This document shows, piece after piece, positions 12,537-25,786 of a stretch of 60,593 nucleotides of DNA. Under the pieces are notes generated by a model. The model did not search any database. It saw only the letters and a list, made by a program, of their open reading frames with translations, and was not told where the DNA came from. Where the stretch lies: assembly GCA_002269645.1 (NCBI GenBank), contig NIVC01004102.1:1-60593 (forward strand), read 5' to 3'. Position numbers and translations under genes: made by a program. The stretch comes from Macrostomum lignano. Its lineage: Eukaryota. Positions within the stretch are counted from its first letter, which is position 1, and each line of letters starts with the position of its first letter.

Positions 12537-15500
12537 ATGAATTCACCCTTAATGCCGCCGTTTAAACCTCGCTGTTCAAACTCGCAATTCCAGGCGTTGA
12601 GGCACTGTCAAACGCCTTCATTATCGCTGTCGGAGAGAAGCTCCGGGCCAAAAGACAATAATAACATTGCCAACTGCAGCAACAATAATAATATTGGCTC
12701 GGCTTCTCCAATTAAAAAGAAGAAGAAAAAGGTCACCACCGCCGCTGCGTCTGGAGGCCTCAATCAGACAGCCGATTCCATGGCTTCGGGTTCGGCCGGC
12801 AGGTTTCATCCAAATGTTGTTAACGAGCGCTACGTTGGCACAGAGGCTTTGAAACAGATCCGGGTGCCCAAAGTGGCGCATAGCTCCAAGGGTGACTAAG
12901 CTAATAACCAATTTAGCCTTAGTAAATAGCTTTTTCAGGCTGTAGACTACTTACCTTTCTTCTTTCTATTTGCAGAATTTCTGCGCAGCGTTGACCTAAA
13001 TTCCAACGAGTACAAGCACGACATTAACTGCATCATATCGCGCGGCTTCTTAAATAAGGAATTAAGAAGCAAATTTTCCCCGTCAAAAGTATTTGCTATC
13101 GGCAACAAGAGCCTCGGTGATAAGGTAAAAATAAGCAGTTTATAGAAATGCGCTTAGCTGGTTGCTGCTACTAGTAGTACTATATCGAATTCTAGTGCAC
13201 AAAAATAACCAAATTGAGTAATTCTGTTGTCACAGTTCGCCACCAAGAAGGCGGAGATCCAGGCCGCCATTGCCGAAGAAAACGCCAGCAATCTGGCCGC
13301 CCTGGCTGGCTCCGTCAAGCTGGATGAGCGGTACGGTTTCGTCTACCTGGCGCCCGTGCCGGACGTAATGGATCGATTGCGCGGCATTGCTGAGAACGGC
13401 ATCCGCCGCGGCAACCTGCCAGACTCTACTCTGGCCATCGGCTCTACCGGCGTCTCCCTGGGCCGGTACGTCGATCGGATCTCACCGAAGTTCGGCCTGC
13501 CAAAGACTGGCTGGCTGGTCATCTGTCGCTACGTTCGCGGCCGCGTCTGCTACTGGACCGAGGGCGACAGCGTTGTGGAGCCACAGCCAATGTACGACTG
13601 TCACGAGAGCGTTCGTCAGACGCTTACAGACGATGAATTGATTAATAGAAAAGCTGCAAGCATAATTGAAGCCGGATTTCATAGCAGCCAGGTGTTCCTA
13701 TTTGAGTACGGACCCGACCTGGAATTGATGGACCATCCCAGGCACGTGCTGCCTGTGGCTGCTGTTCAATTCAAGTTCGATGGCTTGGTAAGCATTTTGG
13801 CCTGGAATTTGAACCAGGCTCTGAAGCTGTCCACTAATAGAGTCTCCCTGTTGAGACCTTTCCAGTGTCGCGTTTATGGGACATTTCCTGCTCCCTAATT
13901 TGCTCACCAGCAAACGCAGACTTGCCTCTTGAATCTAGGCCATTCGTCATCAACAGTGAAGCTGTGATGCTTGAGTTCGAGCTCAGCGCACGCCCTGTAG
14001 GAAACTTTTCTCTGCTTACGATATTTGTGTTTATTAATTTGCATCTTGAGCATCTGTCATTTATTGAGAACTAGGTATCTTTAATAAGTTAATTTTTTGC
14101 ATCGCTTTTAATAGATTTACGATAGATTACTAGTAGATTACTGATTAGAATAGGCAACCTTCGCATACAAAGCATATTCTGAGACATCGAATAGTTTATC
14201 CCAAATCCCGTGCACCAGATCAGGGACCAGTGCTTCAAGCGGAAGACCCAGCCGACACTCGACCGCAAGCAGCCAAAGCAACAACAACAGGAGACGCAGG
14301 CGCAGCAGGTTCAACAACAAATGCAGCAGGATCAGAAGGATGAAGCTGAGACGCTGGAGCATGCGCCTAAACCTGAGCAGAAGCAGCAGGAAAATGCAAA
14401 GTGCTCTGCAGCATCAGCTGAAGCCGTGTCCTCCTCCGCCGAATCTTCCACTGAGTCGAGCCCGATTCGTAGCCGAAGTCAACGACGGCCGCGGCCCGTG
14501 TGCCCCGATCGGCAAGATTGGGTGAAGAAATTCAACGACGGCGCCTACCTTGTTGGCGAAGTCCTGCTGCCCCTGCTGCCAGCGGGACCCAGCCTGAAGC
14601 TCGGCCTGGTCTCGCTTGAGAAAACGCCCTCCGTGCTGCCATTTCTGCAGCTCGGCTCGCTGCCGTCGGCCACCCCCTGCCGCGTTGTCGACTCGGCCGA
14701 TCTGGAGGCCCGCCTGGCCAACTGTGGCGTCTCCCTGACCGAGGAGAAGCCCGTCTGCCGCCTGGCCGACTCCAGCGCCGGCTACGTCAGCTACCTGGCC
14801 GGACTGTTCGACCCGTCTAACGCCGCCCGGGCCCGGACACTCTGCGAGATGCTGATCACCAAGGACTGCCTGCTGCTGGCGCCCATGACCGAATCGGCTG
14901 ACGGCGCCGGCGCGCTCTGCTATTTGGTGCCGTCGCAGTCGGCGCTATCTAAGCGGCTTCAACTAGACAGCGCTACCCGCATGCTGGGCCGCACGAAGAA
15001 TCTGATTCACGTGCTGATCTGGCTGCCCATTCCCCGGCGCCAGTTGCTCTGCCAAGGCTCGACCGACCCGGGCGCGCAGTGGGCGCCAGTCTGCCGTTCA
15101 ACCGTTCGATGCTACAATCTGCAGGACTGTTTCAGCGGCCTGGCCGACCGGATGAAACAGGCGGCCGAGGCTATCGGCAAGCAGCGTATTGAGGCCGCCG
15201 CTAAGGCCGCCCAGGAGCAGGCCAAGCAGCTGGAGAGTCGGGATCCCAGGGTGCGCTTGGCGGCGGCCAGGTCGGGCGCTAAACCCGTTTCTGCCGCACC
15301 TGTGTCTGCTCCACGGGGGTCTGCCGCACCTGTGTCTGCTCCACAGGGGTCTGCCGCACCTGTGTCTGCTCCACAGGGGTCTGCCGCACCTGTGTCTGCT
15401 CCACCTGTGTCTACTCCACTGGTGTCCGCCGCACCTGAGTCTGCTTCATCGGTGTTTGCCACGCCTGTGTCATTGCTACGGGATTCTGCCACACCTGTGC

Positions 15501-16609
15501 CACCAGATCCACAGGTATCGGCTGTATCGGCTGTACCTGTGCTAGATCCACAGGAATCAGCTGTACCTGTTCTAGATCCACAGGTATCGGCTGTACCTGT
15601 TCTAGATCCACAGGTATCAGCTGCACCTGTTCCAGATCCACAGGTATCAGCTGGACCTGTGCCAGATCCACAGGTATCAGCTGCACCTGTTCCAGATCCA
15701 CAGGTTTCAGACTCGCTGATCGCAGCATCTACAGAAACACCGGTGCCTGTCACATCGAAATCCGGTTCACCAGTACCTGCCGCTCAGAATAAATCTGGGA
15801 AACCGGTGCCTGCAGTCATTCCTGGTATCAGCAGCCATAATAGCGGCAGTAGGGCTGCTGCTAGCGACAGGTAAGTCTGTAATCGCATTTTGTATTTCGC
15901 ATTTGCATGCATCATAGAGGCAGTGAATTTTAGTACAATTCAACCTGTTTGAATCGCGCAGGCCGAGCCGCAGTCAGGACAGGTATCGCAGCAGCGACCG
16001 AGGCAGCAACTATCGCAGAAACGACAGCCACTATAGAAGAAGCAGTCGTAGTCGTCGGATCAGTAGCAGCAGCAGCAATAGCAGTAGCAGCAGTAATCGT
16101 AAAATCAGCAGCGGCCATAGAAAAAGCAGCGACAGCAGAAGCCGTCGCAAAAGCAGCACCAGTGATAGAAGACGCAGCAATAGTCGCAGCCGAAGCAGCA
16201 ATCGCAGCGCAGCCGAAGCCGTGAGCGTCGCCATAGAGCGCGCAAAGAGCAGAAAAAACCTGACTGTCCTGCGGAGCCTATCGCCGATTACCAGCCCGAC
16301 TTCGCCTATCCTGCCGCCGCGCCGCCCTCTCTAAAGCGACGTCTCACAATGGAGGAGTCGCTCCGCCTGTGGGACGCCGAGGAGACGGCTGTTGCGGCCG
16401 ATGTTTTCAATAAATTCAACTTCTTTCTGGCCAAGCGGCGCCGGACAAGCCAACAAGCTGATCAACCGTCGGACTCTTCAGCCGCCGAGGCCAGCGCGAA
16501 CGGCGAAGCCTCCGACGCCGCCCCCGCCGCTGCCCCAGAAACTCCCAAGGCTTATTGGACTCTGCTTACTAAGCCAGAGTTTCTATCTTTTGTAAAGAAT
16601 TCCTTTTAA
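12537..16609 (+). CDS. TASOR: TASOR-like protein (DUF3715 pseudo-PARP + SPOC-like + P/A/V repeats + RS domain), about 1126 aa, 5 coding exons
   Basis: Exons 12537-12891, 12976-13124, 13236-13787, about 14195-15870 (this acceptor is uncertain; 14154 is an alternative) and 15962-16609. All are GT-AG and phase-compatible, with one missing base near 16208. Exon 3 has EPQPMYDCHES...SQVFLFEYGPDLELMDHPRHVLPVAAVQF, matching the DUF3715 end as I recall it from TASOR/TEX15 (ECHVS...YFYEY...PRHVCPYAVVSF). Exon 4 has a SPOC-like pattern (YVSYL...LCEMLITKDCLLLAP...LCYLVP...LIHVLIW). AATAAA overlaps the stop (16608-16613). The symbol denotes likeness; orthology is not proven. Confidence 0.8.
15290..15710 (+). 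repeat. Coding minisatellites in the TASOR-like gene: 30-bp x about 4 (GSAAPVSAPQ) and 27-bp x about 7 (PVPDPQVSA)
   Basis: Directly visible; unit lengths are multiples of 3 and in frame. Confidence 0.9.
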
Positions 16610-16976
16610 TAAAGCGAGGAACTTCTGTGATATATTGCCAAATAGATGAAGGGGACATGAAACTGCTGTCTTAGAAAAACTAAACCGACACAGCATACTT
16701 TGCATTCAGTTCAATAATTATTGCCGTTGAAAATAACGTTAAATAACGTCACTTACGAGCCAACAATACAGCGAAGATCAGACAACAGGAGATGCTCAAT
16801 CAAGCGGATAATTCCATTGAGAATCAAGAATGCTTGCTTGGAAATTTCCTACTTGATTGTCTTTTTCAACCAGAGAGCAGAGCCTTCACTTGTCGTCTGT
16901 GGTAGAAAGCAGCTTGGAATTGCGAGACTGGCTTTATTGTCTATGGCCCGAGTGGCTGTGGCTGCAGGGAAGCAAT

Positions 16977-17169
16977 GGGCCGTATGCAGAAAGCTTAGTC
17001 CAGACTAGCTAGTCCGGACTTGGGTAGTTAAGTCTATAGTCTATGGTCCAGCTACCCTAGTTCTGCTATAGTAGACCGGTCTAACTTTGTGTTTCTGCAT
17101 ACCAAATCCAAGTCCAGACTAGCTTTTCAAGACCGGACTACCCTAGACAGAGCTTTCTGCATACGGCCC
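16977..17169. mobile_element. 193-bp MITE with perfect 19-bp TIR GGGCCGTATGCAGAAAGCT
   Basis: 16977-16995 and 17151-17169 are exact reverse complements. GGGCC ends resemble PIF/Harbinger-type TIRs, but there is no matching 3-bp TSD. Confidence 0.8.
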
Positions 17170-18101
17170 TTTATCAGTTATTTGGTGCAAGTACTGGCAC
17201 AAATGAGCCAGCTAAGGCCATAGACTGTCTTGTCCCTTCCATCTATTGGTGATATATCAGAGGGAATGCGCTCTAACAACGCAACAATTTACTATGCCTT
17301 AACGTCTCGATTACCCCATCTGTCCTCGTCTGTCTATCGAACCTGAAGCTGATCCAAAGCGTGACTAAGACTATTCGTCACTCACAGAGATATCGGCAGC
17401 TTTTAAATTGCTTCCATAACCAACAGAAAACAGTAAATTTTTTTGCCAGGTTTTGCTTTTCGGCCAACTCGCAACTGTTCTCAAATTGTTTTGTTTGTAA
17501 CGAAGTTGTATTATTTTTTTTAAATCCAGTTGATTAGTGTGTTTTATTTGCCTCAGTAAATTCAGGTAGGCACCGCAAATCAATGGACGGGACGGTTGGT
17601 TATTGCTTGGAGCTCATTGCGTTTTGAAGCTCTTCTGCATTCTTTAATTTCTTTGATTTTCCAAGAATTTAAGCACAACCGTCCCGTTCTACTTTGTGTC
17701 TTGTGCCGAATTTACCTGGGTTTCAAAATTTATTATTTGTACCGTTTTTTGTTCAGAGCTTTGCGCTAATTCTGCCGCTCGACTACTTTTGTGCTTTTTG
17801 TTTGAGTTCGAGGCTTGACCGCATTTTCAATTTAGTTTCAAATTATAATTATTTTCTTGTGCTCTAATTATCGAATTTTGATTTGCTTGAATGTTAAAAA
17901 CCTGCATGCTTGAAAGCCACAGCTCCGCTCCAACCCCGTCTGTCAGTTTACTTTTACTGGCTTTGCTCTTTGTTAATGCACTTTATAGGTAAGGATAACT
18001 TTTGTTCCATTCTCTGTGTTTGGTGAAAGCCGGTTGTACGAGTTTGATCTTTACAGATCATGCATGTGAGCTTTTTAATAATTGCTTGAACTGAAGTAAA
18101 C

Positions 18102-18552
18102 AGAATGGATTGCTAATCTAGCCAACATCACTGTTGAAGGAATAGAATGGATTGCTAATCTAGCCAGCATCACTGATGAAGGAACAGAATGGATTGCTAA
18201 TCTAGCCAACGTCAGTCATAAAGGAATAGAATGGATTGCTAATCTAGCCAACATCACTGATGAAGGAATAGAATGGATTGCTAATCTAGCCAACACTTAC
18301 TGAATGGAAATCTAGAATTTGAATGAATGGATTGCTAATCTAGCCAACATCACTGATGAGGTAATAGAATGGATTGCTAATCTAGCCAACATCACTGATG
18401 AAGGAATATAATGGATTGCTAATCTAGCCAGCATCACTGATGAAGGAATAGAATGGATTGCTAATCTAGCCAGCATCACTGATGAAGGAATATAATGGAT
18501 TGCTAATCTAACCAACGTCACTCATAAAGGAATAGAATAGATTGCTAATCTA
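18102..18552. repeat. 42-bp satellite, locus 1 (about 11 diverged copies)
   Basis: Unit GAATGGATTGCTAATCTAGCCAACATCACTGATGAAGGAATA; same family and orientation as 24655-25786. Confidence 0.95.
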
Positions 18553-19496
18553 TTCCTCGTAACATAAGCTGAAACCATGAATTCTAGTTTACAAAAACTT
18601 TTTAGAATTATGACCAGTCTAGTGTTAAATAAATTACGTTTTAAATTTTCATTTTCTTTTATTCGATTTTTTTTTCACATACTTATCAGATTAAGGATTT
18701 CAAACTGCAATATTTGGCCTAAGTGCTTATTAATAGTCCGCTCAATTGCTTCCTTTTGCTTAAGCACCATGGCAACTAGGGTTTCGACTTGGTTGACTCT
18801 TGCAAGTAGTGCCGTTTGCCATGTACGTGCTTAGGTCGTATGCGACTCTTGTTTTAGTTAAACTGCGAATTGTATATAGTATTTTTTCTTTCTAAGAATC
18901 TTTAGTTAATTGACTCGGAATAATTATCAAATACATTTTGTCTATTACATCTCCCTTTCAACCAATTTACTTGTACATAGCTGTGCTTTTGTCCCATGAT
19001 TTTGCATTTCCTATATCTGCAGACTGCAGCACAATGCTTGAAACTGCTGACGTATGTACGTTTTTACCAAATCGATTTGTTTATCTGTTTTATGCTAATA
19101 ACATTTGTGTCTGAATATAGTGCCTATGATGAAGTTGTCTCTTTTTCAAAACTGCAAAATAATTACTGGGAACAAGAAAGAGTGGGTTTTTTTTAGCGAA
19201 ATCTGTGTTTCACTTTAATCGCAAGTCGTGTTGAAAGAAACACAATGCACTCAATTTATAGTTTGTTAATCTTTTATTCTCATGTGGACACGCGAACAGC
19301 TCATGTAGTCTGTGACTAGTATTAGACAGTAAAAAATCAAAATCAAAATCAAAACAATACAGAATAATCTGTCTGTCTGAAAGGGTTCGTCTTAGGAAAT
19401 ACGGAAACACATTGTTGGAATCATAACTGTGCGCATGGAAATTTTAGTGTTTTATAAGCTACTGATTTTAGAGTTGGGTCGCATGCAGTTACTTTG

Positions 19497-20110
19497 GGAT
19501 TGTGCATTGCGGTGGGTGTGGAATGGGCTGGCTGATTGTGGTGGGTGTGGAATGGGCTGGCTGTGCATTGCGGTGGGTGTGGAATGGGCTGGCTGTGGAT
19601 TGTGGTGGGTGTGGAATGGGCTGGCTGTGCATTGCGGTGGGTGTGGAATGGGCTGGCTGTGCATTGCGGTGGGTGTGGAATGGGCTGGCTGTGGATTGTG
19701 GTGGGTGTGGAATGGGCTGGCTGTGGATTGCGGTGGGTGTGGAATGGGCTGGCTGTGGATTGTGGTGGGTGTGGAATGGGCTGGCTGTGGATTGTGGTGG
19801 GTGTGGAATATGGGCTGGCTGTGGATTGTGGTTGTTGCAGAATATGGGCTGGCTGTGGATTGTGGTTGTTGCAGAATATGGGCTGGCTGTGGATTGTGAT
19901 GGTTGTGGAATATGGGCTGGCTGTGGATTGTGGTGGTTGTGGAATATGGGCTGGCTGTGGATTGTGGTTGTTGCAGAATATGGGCTGGCTGTGGATTGTG
20001 GTGGTTGTGGAATATGGGCTGGCTGTGGATTGTGGTGGTTGTGGAATATGGGCTGGCTGTGGATTGTAGTGGTTGTAGAATATGGGCTGGCTGTGGATTG
20101 TAGTGGCGGT
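19497..20110. repeat. 32/34-bp GT-rich minisatellite (GAATGGGCTGGCTGTGGATTGTGGTGGGTGTG)
   Basis: Directly visible. The left part is a 32-bp variant and the right part a 34-bp GAATAT variant. Confidence 0.93.
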
Positions 20111-20409
20111 GTGCAAAATGGTTAAGAAGCCGCTGGCGGTGCGGCTGCAGGGTCAAAGGGTTTTAGCGATCCAATCGAATTCGCAAAGTAAATAGTGTGG
20201 ATGGAAAAATAAGAAAACCGAACGAAAAAGCTCTGCTGATCAAGGATCACTAGAAGTACAAAGACGCAAATTTTGAAATCAGATGCTCCAAAAACTTTTC
20301 AAGAAGCGACGTGTCCCGTCCAAGTTGCGCGTGACTGTGTTAGCCACAGGAATTTCGGTATACCAGTCCAGCGCTATACACGAACGTGTTAAGAGCTATA
20401 TTCGAAGCC

Positions 20410-23082
20410 TTAGCCGAAACCGCAGGCGCAGCCTTTGTGGCATCGCAGCTCCGGCTCGAGCATCTTTTCCTTCTTCTGAAACGTGAACCAGCACCTGGCA
20501 TTGACAAAGGTCAGCAGGTCGTGGAAGGTTTTCACTTTGAACTTCTCCTGCGCCTCGGGACTCATGCGGGCCCGGAGACCCGCCGGCAGGCCGATGATCA
20601 GCGGGCCGAGCTGGGCGGCGAACCGGCGCAGCGCGTTGCGCTCGACCTCCGGTTGGATGACGCCCTTGGCCTCCTTGTGGCTGATGCCGGACTTGAGGCG
20701 GAGCCGCCACACCCGCTTGTAGATGTAGTAATTAATGCTGTAGGTAATGTTGCGCATCACGAAGCGGAGCGTGTTGCTTCTGGCTGGCTGCATCCCCATC
20801 AGTTCCTTGCGAACCTGCAACATGCGTTGGCGGAGTGGCAAGTTAATACAGCGGGTGCTTTCAGAGCGTATTTGTTTGCTGACCTTGAAAAAGCCATACC
20901 TATATGGGAGGTGCGGCTTAATGTACACCAGTGTGACCTTGAAAGAATGCCACGCAGAGATAAGGGTTGTGCGGCTAAATGTACATCAGTGTGGCCTTGA
21001 GAGAATTCCGCGCAGAGATAGGGTTATGCGGTTTAGTGTACATCAGTGTGACCTTGAGAGAATGCCACGCAGAGATTGGGTTATGCGGCTTAATGTACAT
21101 CCGCGTGACCTTGAGAGAATGCCACGCAGAGATGGGGTTGTGCGGCTTAATGTACGAGCGTACATCAGTATCACCTTGACAACGTGTAAAAGTTAATGAG
21201 CAAAGATTGTATACGTATTTTTTCTGGCTCTGTACACGATCCGGAAGTTTAGTATAGACAAAAAAACTGAGCTGCCAATCTAGCTATGAAATTATTAATT
21301 GTAAAAGTTTAATTTGGTGCCTCCTGTTGAATTATTAAAACTATACTACAAATGAGCGCGTCCTCATCTTAATAAATCATATCTCGAGTGGCTATGTTAC
21401 GCCAAAGGGAAATCATCTTCACCAAAGGGAGCCATAAGATTCTCCTGGGGAATTTCCTGCCCAGTGAGCAAATAAACAAGGAGATCTCTGGCATGGGTTG
21501 ATTTACTCAGCTGCTCCAGCAACATCAGATTTGTAGCTCTCTTAATCTAAAGAAAATTTTTATGCATGTAATTGTGTGCAAAGCTTAAAATATGGATTCT
21601 GAGCCTTGCTAATCACTGGATCTACGAGATCTACTTTTCTGCTCTAATTCTGCTCGATGGACTTCTGAAGAATGTTTGAACTGCTAGAGACTCAAAGCTT
21701 CCATGCAATGGATAGGTTGATATGTTTAAGTGCATGTACATTATTTACTAATTCTAGCAGCATGCGCGACATTCAGATGAACTGCGGCCATCAGTATTGC
21801 GAGTAGGCAGGCATCTCTTTGAAACTCTCTGAAGACCAGAAGGGAGTATGCGCAGAATACACGTAGGAAATCGATGAGGATTAGGCCGGGGAGTGCACTC
21901 TCAGACTCCCCGCAGGGATAACCCGGGGGCAGGTCTCAGCAGGGGGCCTGTACGCTCCCATTAGAAATGCTTATTGTCTCCCTGAGCCATTGTTTCAGGG
22001 AAATATATTGCTTCACTGAGACTGATGGAGCATCGCCTAGAGGATCTGTGCCCACCCCAGAGCTCTTCTCGGCCTCTCTTCTCCGCTTGCTGCAGGGAAG
22101 ATATTCGTCACCTTAGCGATCGCCCACTCAGAGAGCCTAGCAACCATGGCTGAACGAGTCCTGCTCCCAGCGGCAGCTCACTAATTCTCAGGTGCACGTG
22201 GGGAGAAAATACAGTAAGAAATGCGAGCTGATGGGATCGCAGCCTACATGCAAAATCCCCCTGTCTGTTGCTAAGCCAAAGCTTTATCTGTTTTTACTTC
22301 AACCTGTGTCAACCCGCGGCTGTAAATCTATGAGTTATGAAACCAAATTATTGATAATCAAATCCAGCTAGAGAATTCGTGTGTTTGTTGGATTCGTTTT
22401 GAGTATTACGCAACGTAATCGCTTCGTTGTCTGTCTGTCTGTCTGTCTGTCCCAGCTCACTCCTCACCTGCGCTCGCAGTCTGTTCTTGGCCTGGACCTC
22501 CTCCGTCCGGCCCTTGGCGCCGTCGCCTCCTTCGTCATCGTGGTACAGCCGCCCCAGCCGGCGGATGACCTCGTCAAAGTCCTGGGCCTCAACGGACACA
22601 AAGCGCTGCACGTCATCGATGAGGCGCTCCAGTTGCACGGAGCGGTGCATCATCAGCTGCGCGTACTCACCCGACTGCAGCAGCTCCGCCAACCGGTCCG
22701 ACATGCTGAACAGCGGCTCCTCCATCCTTCTCAGGTACTCCCTCATCAGCTCCATCAGCTCCTGGGCGGACAGCTCGTCCAGAATCCGAGCCACCGCTGG
22801 GCCCTGCTGAGCGGCGTACACCTCGTCGGCCGCCCGCTGGATCCTGGCGTCGTCGACCTCGCCTGGCGCCTCGACGAACGTGTCGCCCTCCTTGATTTCC
22901 TGGTCGAATTTCTCTCGCAGCTTGGAAACCACGGAGCCGATGAAGCTGGGCACCGGAGTCCACACCTCCTCGGGGCTGTCCTGGTTCATTGGCGACACGA
23001 TGAGGTACTTTTCGAAGTTCTTCGTCGGCAGCTTGGCCAATTCGTCGTAGGTGATGACGCGCTGTCGCGTTGCAGTCGCCAT
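20410..23082 (-). CDS. Degenerate RhoGAP-like protein, about 362 aa, 2 exons (23082-22468, 20883-20410)
   Basis: ATG at 23082 with an in-frame stop 18 nt upstream. Donor CAG|gtgagg and acceptor ttttcaag|GTC are both phase 0. RhoGAP-like motifs appear in the right order across the two exons: VPSFIGSVVSKL, EGDTFVEAPG, LMREYLRRMEEPLF, MQPARSNTLRFVMRNI, AAQLGPLI, DLLTFV. Further small exons in the 1.6-kb intron cannot be excluded. Confidence 0.55.
20912..21180. repeat. About 58-bp tandem repeat, 4-5 copies, next to the acceptor in the RhoGAP-like intron
   Basis: GCGGCTTAATGTACA..CAGTGTGACCTTGAGAGAATGCCACGCAGAGAT.GGGTT units are visible. Confidence 0.85.
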
Positions 23083-23805
23083 GACAACGGAGTCGAGTTA
23101 ATCCTTAATTCGTTTCTCAACTAGCTGGTTGGTTTTTTGTTTTTCTCTCACTTGTTCGCTCCGTATCTGGGGGCAGGCCCTCTAAGCCTCTTCTTACTCA
23201 AGCTCTTGAGCACTTTAATAACTGGCTGCTTGGCGGGCAGGCGGTCTGAACAATGCGGGGAAAATTCAATGGAGTATTTAGAGGCAGAGAGAGGAGAGAG
23301 ACAAGACAGTTTAGCTGCATGGAGACAGAGTTGAGACAGTTGCGGAGCGGCTGACTGAGAGCTGCCGGGCGGGGGCCTCCCAGAGGCGCTGTTGGCAACA
23401 GACTCAGCACCTATTGGAGCAGATGTAGGGGGGGGGCAGGCAGGGGCTGCAGCCTCCGACAAAAAAATAACCGGGCCAAGCGATTATGGCACTGCAGGTT
23501 GGGTCAGAAAGAGAAACACAGAAATGATGAATAGAATGCGAGAGAGAATAGCTGCTGCGCCACCTGTTGAACTCATGGTCGGCGTAAGGGGTTGGTGCTG
23601 AGCTGCTCTGAGACAGACAGGCGGTTGAGGGGCCAGGGTGAGACCTCAGAGTAGTTGTAACAGCCACCCAGAGGGCGAGGTGAAGTGTCACAAGCTGACT
23701 GTTAGGCATGCAGGTTTTTTTTGCCAGAGCCCAGGAAAAAGTGCGTTAGATGAAGGTGGCCTCAGGCAGATCTTTCGTAGCTGGATGATGGCAGTGAATA
23801 GTCTG

Positions 23806-24218
<413 letters not shown>

Positions 24219-24654
24219 ACAAACTATAAGAAATGAATTACATACCAAACGTAGCCGACTTGAGACAAAATTGATCCAAATGAATCAAATATCAGCGTTT
24301 AGCCGTGGGAGGATGTGTCACATGCCAGAACCAGTTGAGAACCAGCCTTAATCCGGCCTATTATCGACGCAAAACCTTCTCTAAGAAAGAAGCGAAATTA
24401 CCAAATAATAATTAAGACAGCTGACTCGCCCGAGGAGAAATTGAAGCCGAAAGACAAGGGAGAAGGATCGATTAGATCCAGGTACAAGCGGAGCCCAATT
24501 CCAAATCGAGTTTTCCATGTGCAAGGGACTGAGGATCTGAAATTAATTGTGTCTTGGCAAATTTCGTGTGTTCAATACAATTCTTAGGTAAATAGCAATT
24601 GGCGTGTTTCTACGGCTTGTTGACGTCTAGTCTAGAGTTCTCAATCCTAGATAA

Positions 24655-25786
24655 CAACATCACTGATGAAGGAATAGAATGGATTGCTAATCTAGCCAAC
24701 ATCACTGATGAAGGAATAGAATGGATTGCTAATCTAGCCAACATCACTGATGAAGGAATAGAATGGATTACTAATCAAGCCAACATCATTGATTAAGGAA
24801 TAGAATGGATTGCTAATCTAGCCAGCATCACTGATGAAGGAATAGAATGGATTGCTAATCTAGCCAACGTCACTTATGAAGGAATAGAATGGATTGCTAA
24901 TCTAGCCAATATCACTGATGAAGGAATAGAATGGATTGCTAATCTAGCCAATATCACTGATGAAGAAATAGAATGGATTGCTAATCTAGCCAATATCACT
25001 GATGAAGGAATAGAATGGATTGCTAATCTAGCCAGCATCACTGATGAAGGAATAGAATGGATTGCTAATCTAGCCAACATCACTGATGAAGGAATAGAAT
25101 GGATTGCTAATCTAGCCAACATCACTGATGAAGGAATAGAATGGATTGCTAATCTAGCCAATATCACTGATGAAGGAATAGAATGGATTGCTAATCTAGC
25201 CAGCATCACTGATGAAGGAATAGAATGGATTGCTAATCTAGCCAACATCACTGATGAAGGAATAGAATGGATTGCTAATCTAGCCAACATCACTGATGAA
25301 GGAATAGAATGGATTGCTAATCTAGCCAATATCACTGATGAAGGAATAGAATGGATTGCTAATCTAGCCAACATCACTGATGAAGGAATAGAATGGATTG
25401 CTAATCTAGCCAATATCACTGATGAAGGAATATAATGGATTGCTAATCTAGCCAACATCACTGATGAAGGAATAGAATGGATTGCTAATCTAGCCAACAT
25501 CACTGATGAAGGAATAGAATGGATTGCTAATCTAGCCAACATCACTGATGAAGGAATAGAATGGATTGCTAATCTAGCCAACATCACTGATGAAGGAATA
25601 GAATGGATTGCTAATCTAGCCAACATCACTGATGAAGGAATAGAATGGATTGCTAATCTAGCCAACATCACTGATGAAGGAATAGAATGGATTGCTAATC
25701 TAGCCAACATCACTGATGAAGGAATAGAATGGATTGCTAATCTAGCCAGCATCATGAGTGATGAGAATCGATTGCTAATCTAGCCA
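24655..25786. repeat. 42-bp satellite, locus 2 (about 27 copies)
   Basis: Same unit as 18102-18552 but more homogeneous; the 14-aa period in the ORF track confirms 42 bp. Confidence 0.97.

Noticed and set aside
16200-16215. Programmed -1 ribosomal frameshifting at the three frameshift sites
   Set aside because: No X XXY YYZ slippery heptamer at the sites; single-base assembly deletions are more parsimonious.
19421-20156. His/Pro-rich and Cys/Gly/Trp-rich ORFs resembling structural proteins
   Set aside because: All frames of a 32/34-bp minisatellite; no splice or codon support.
20700-20790. Resemblance of TYSINYYIYKR...SGISHK to histone H2B (SYSIYIYK...TGISSK)
   Set aside because: The similarity is short, and the flanking sequence fits the C-terminal half of a RhoGAP fold and splices in phase to the N-terminal half.
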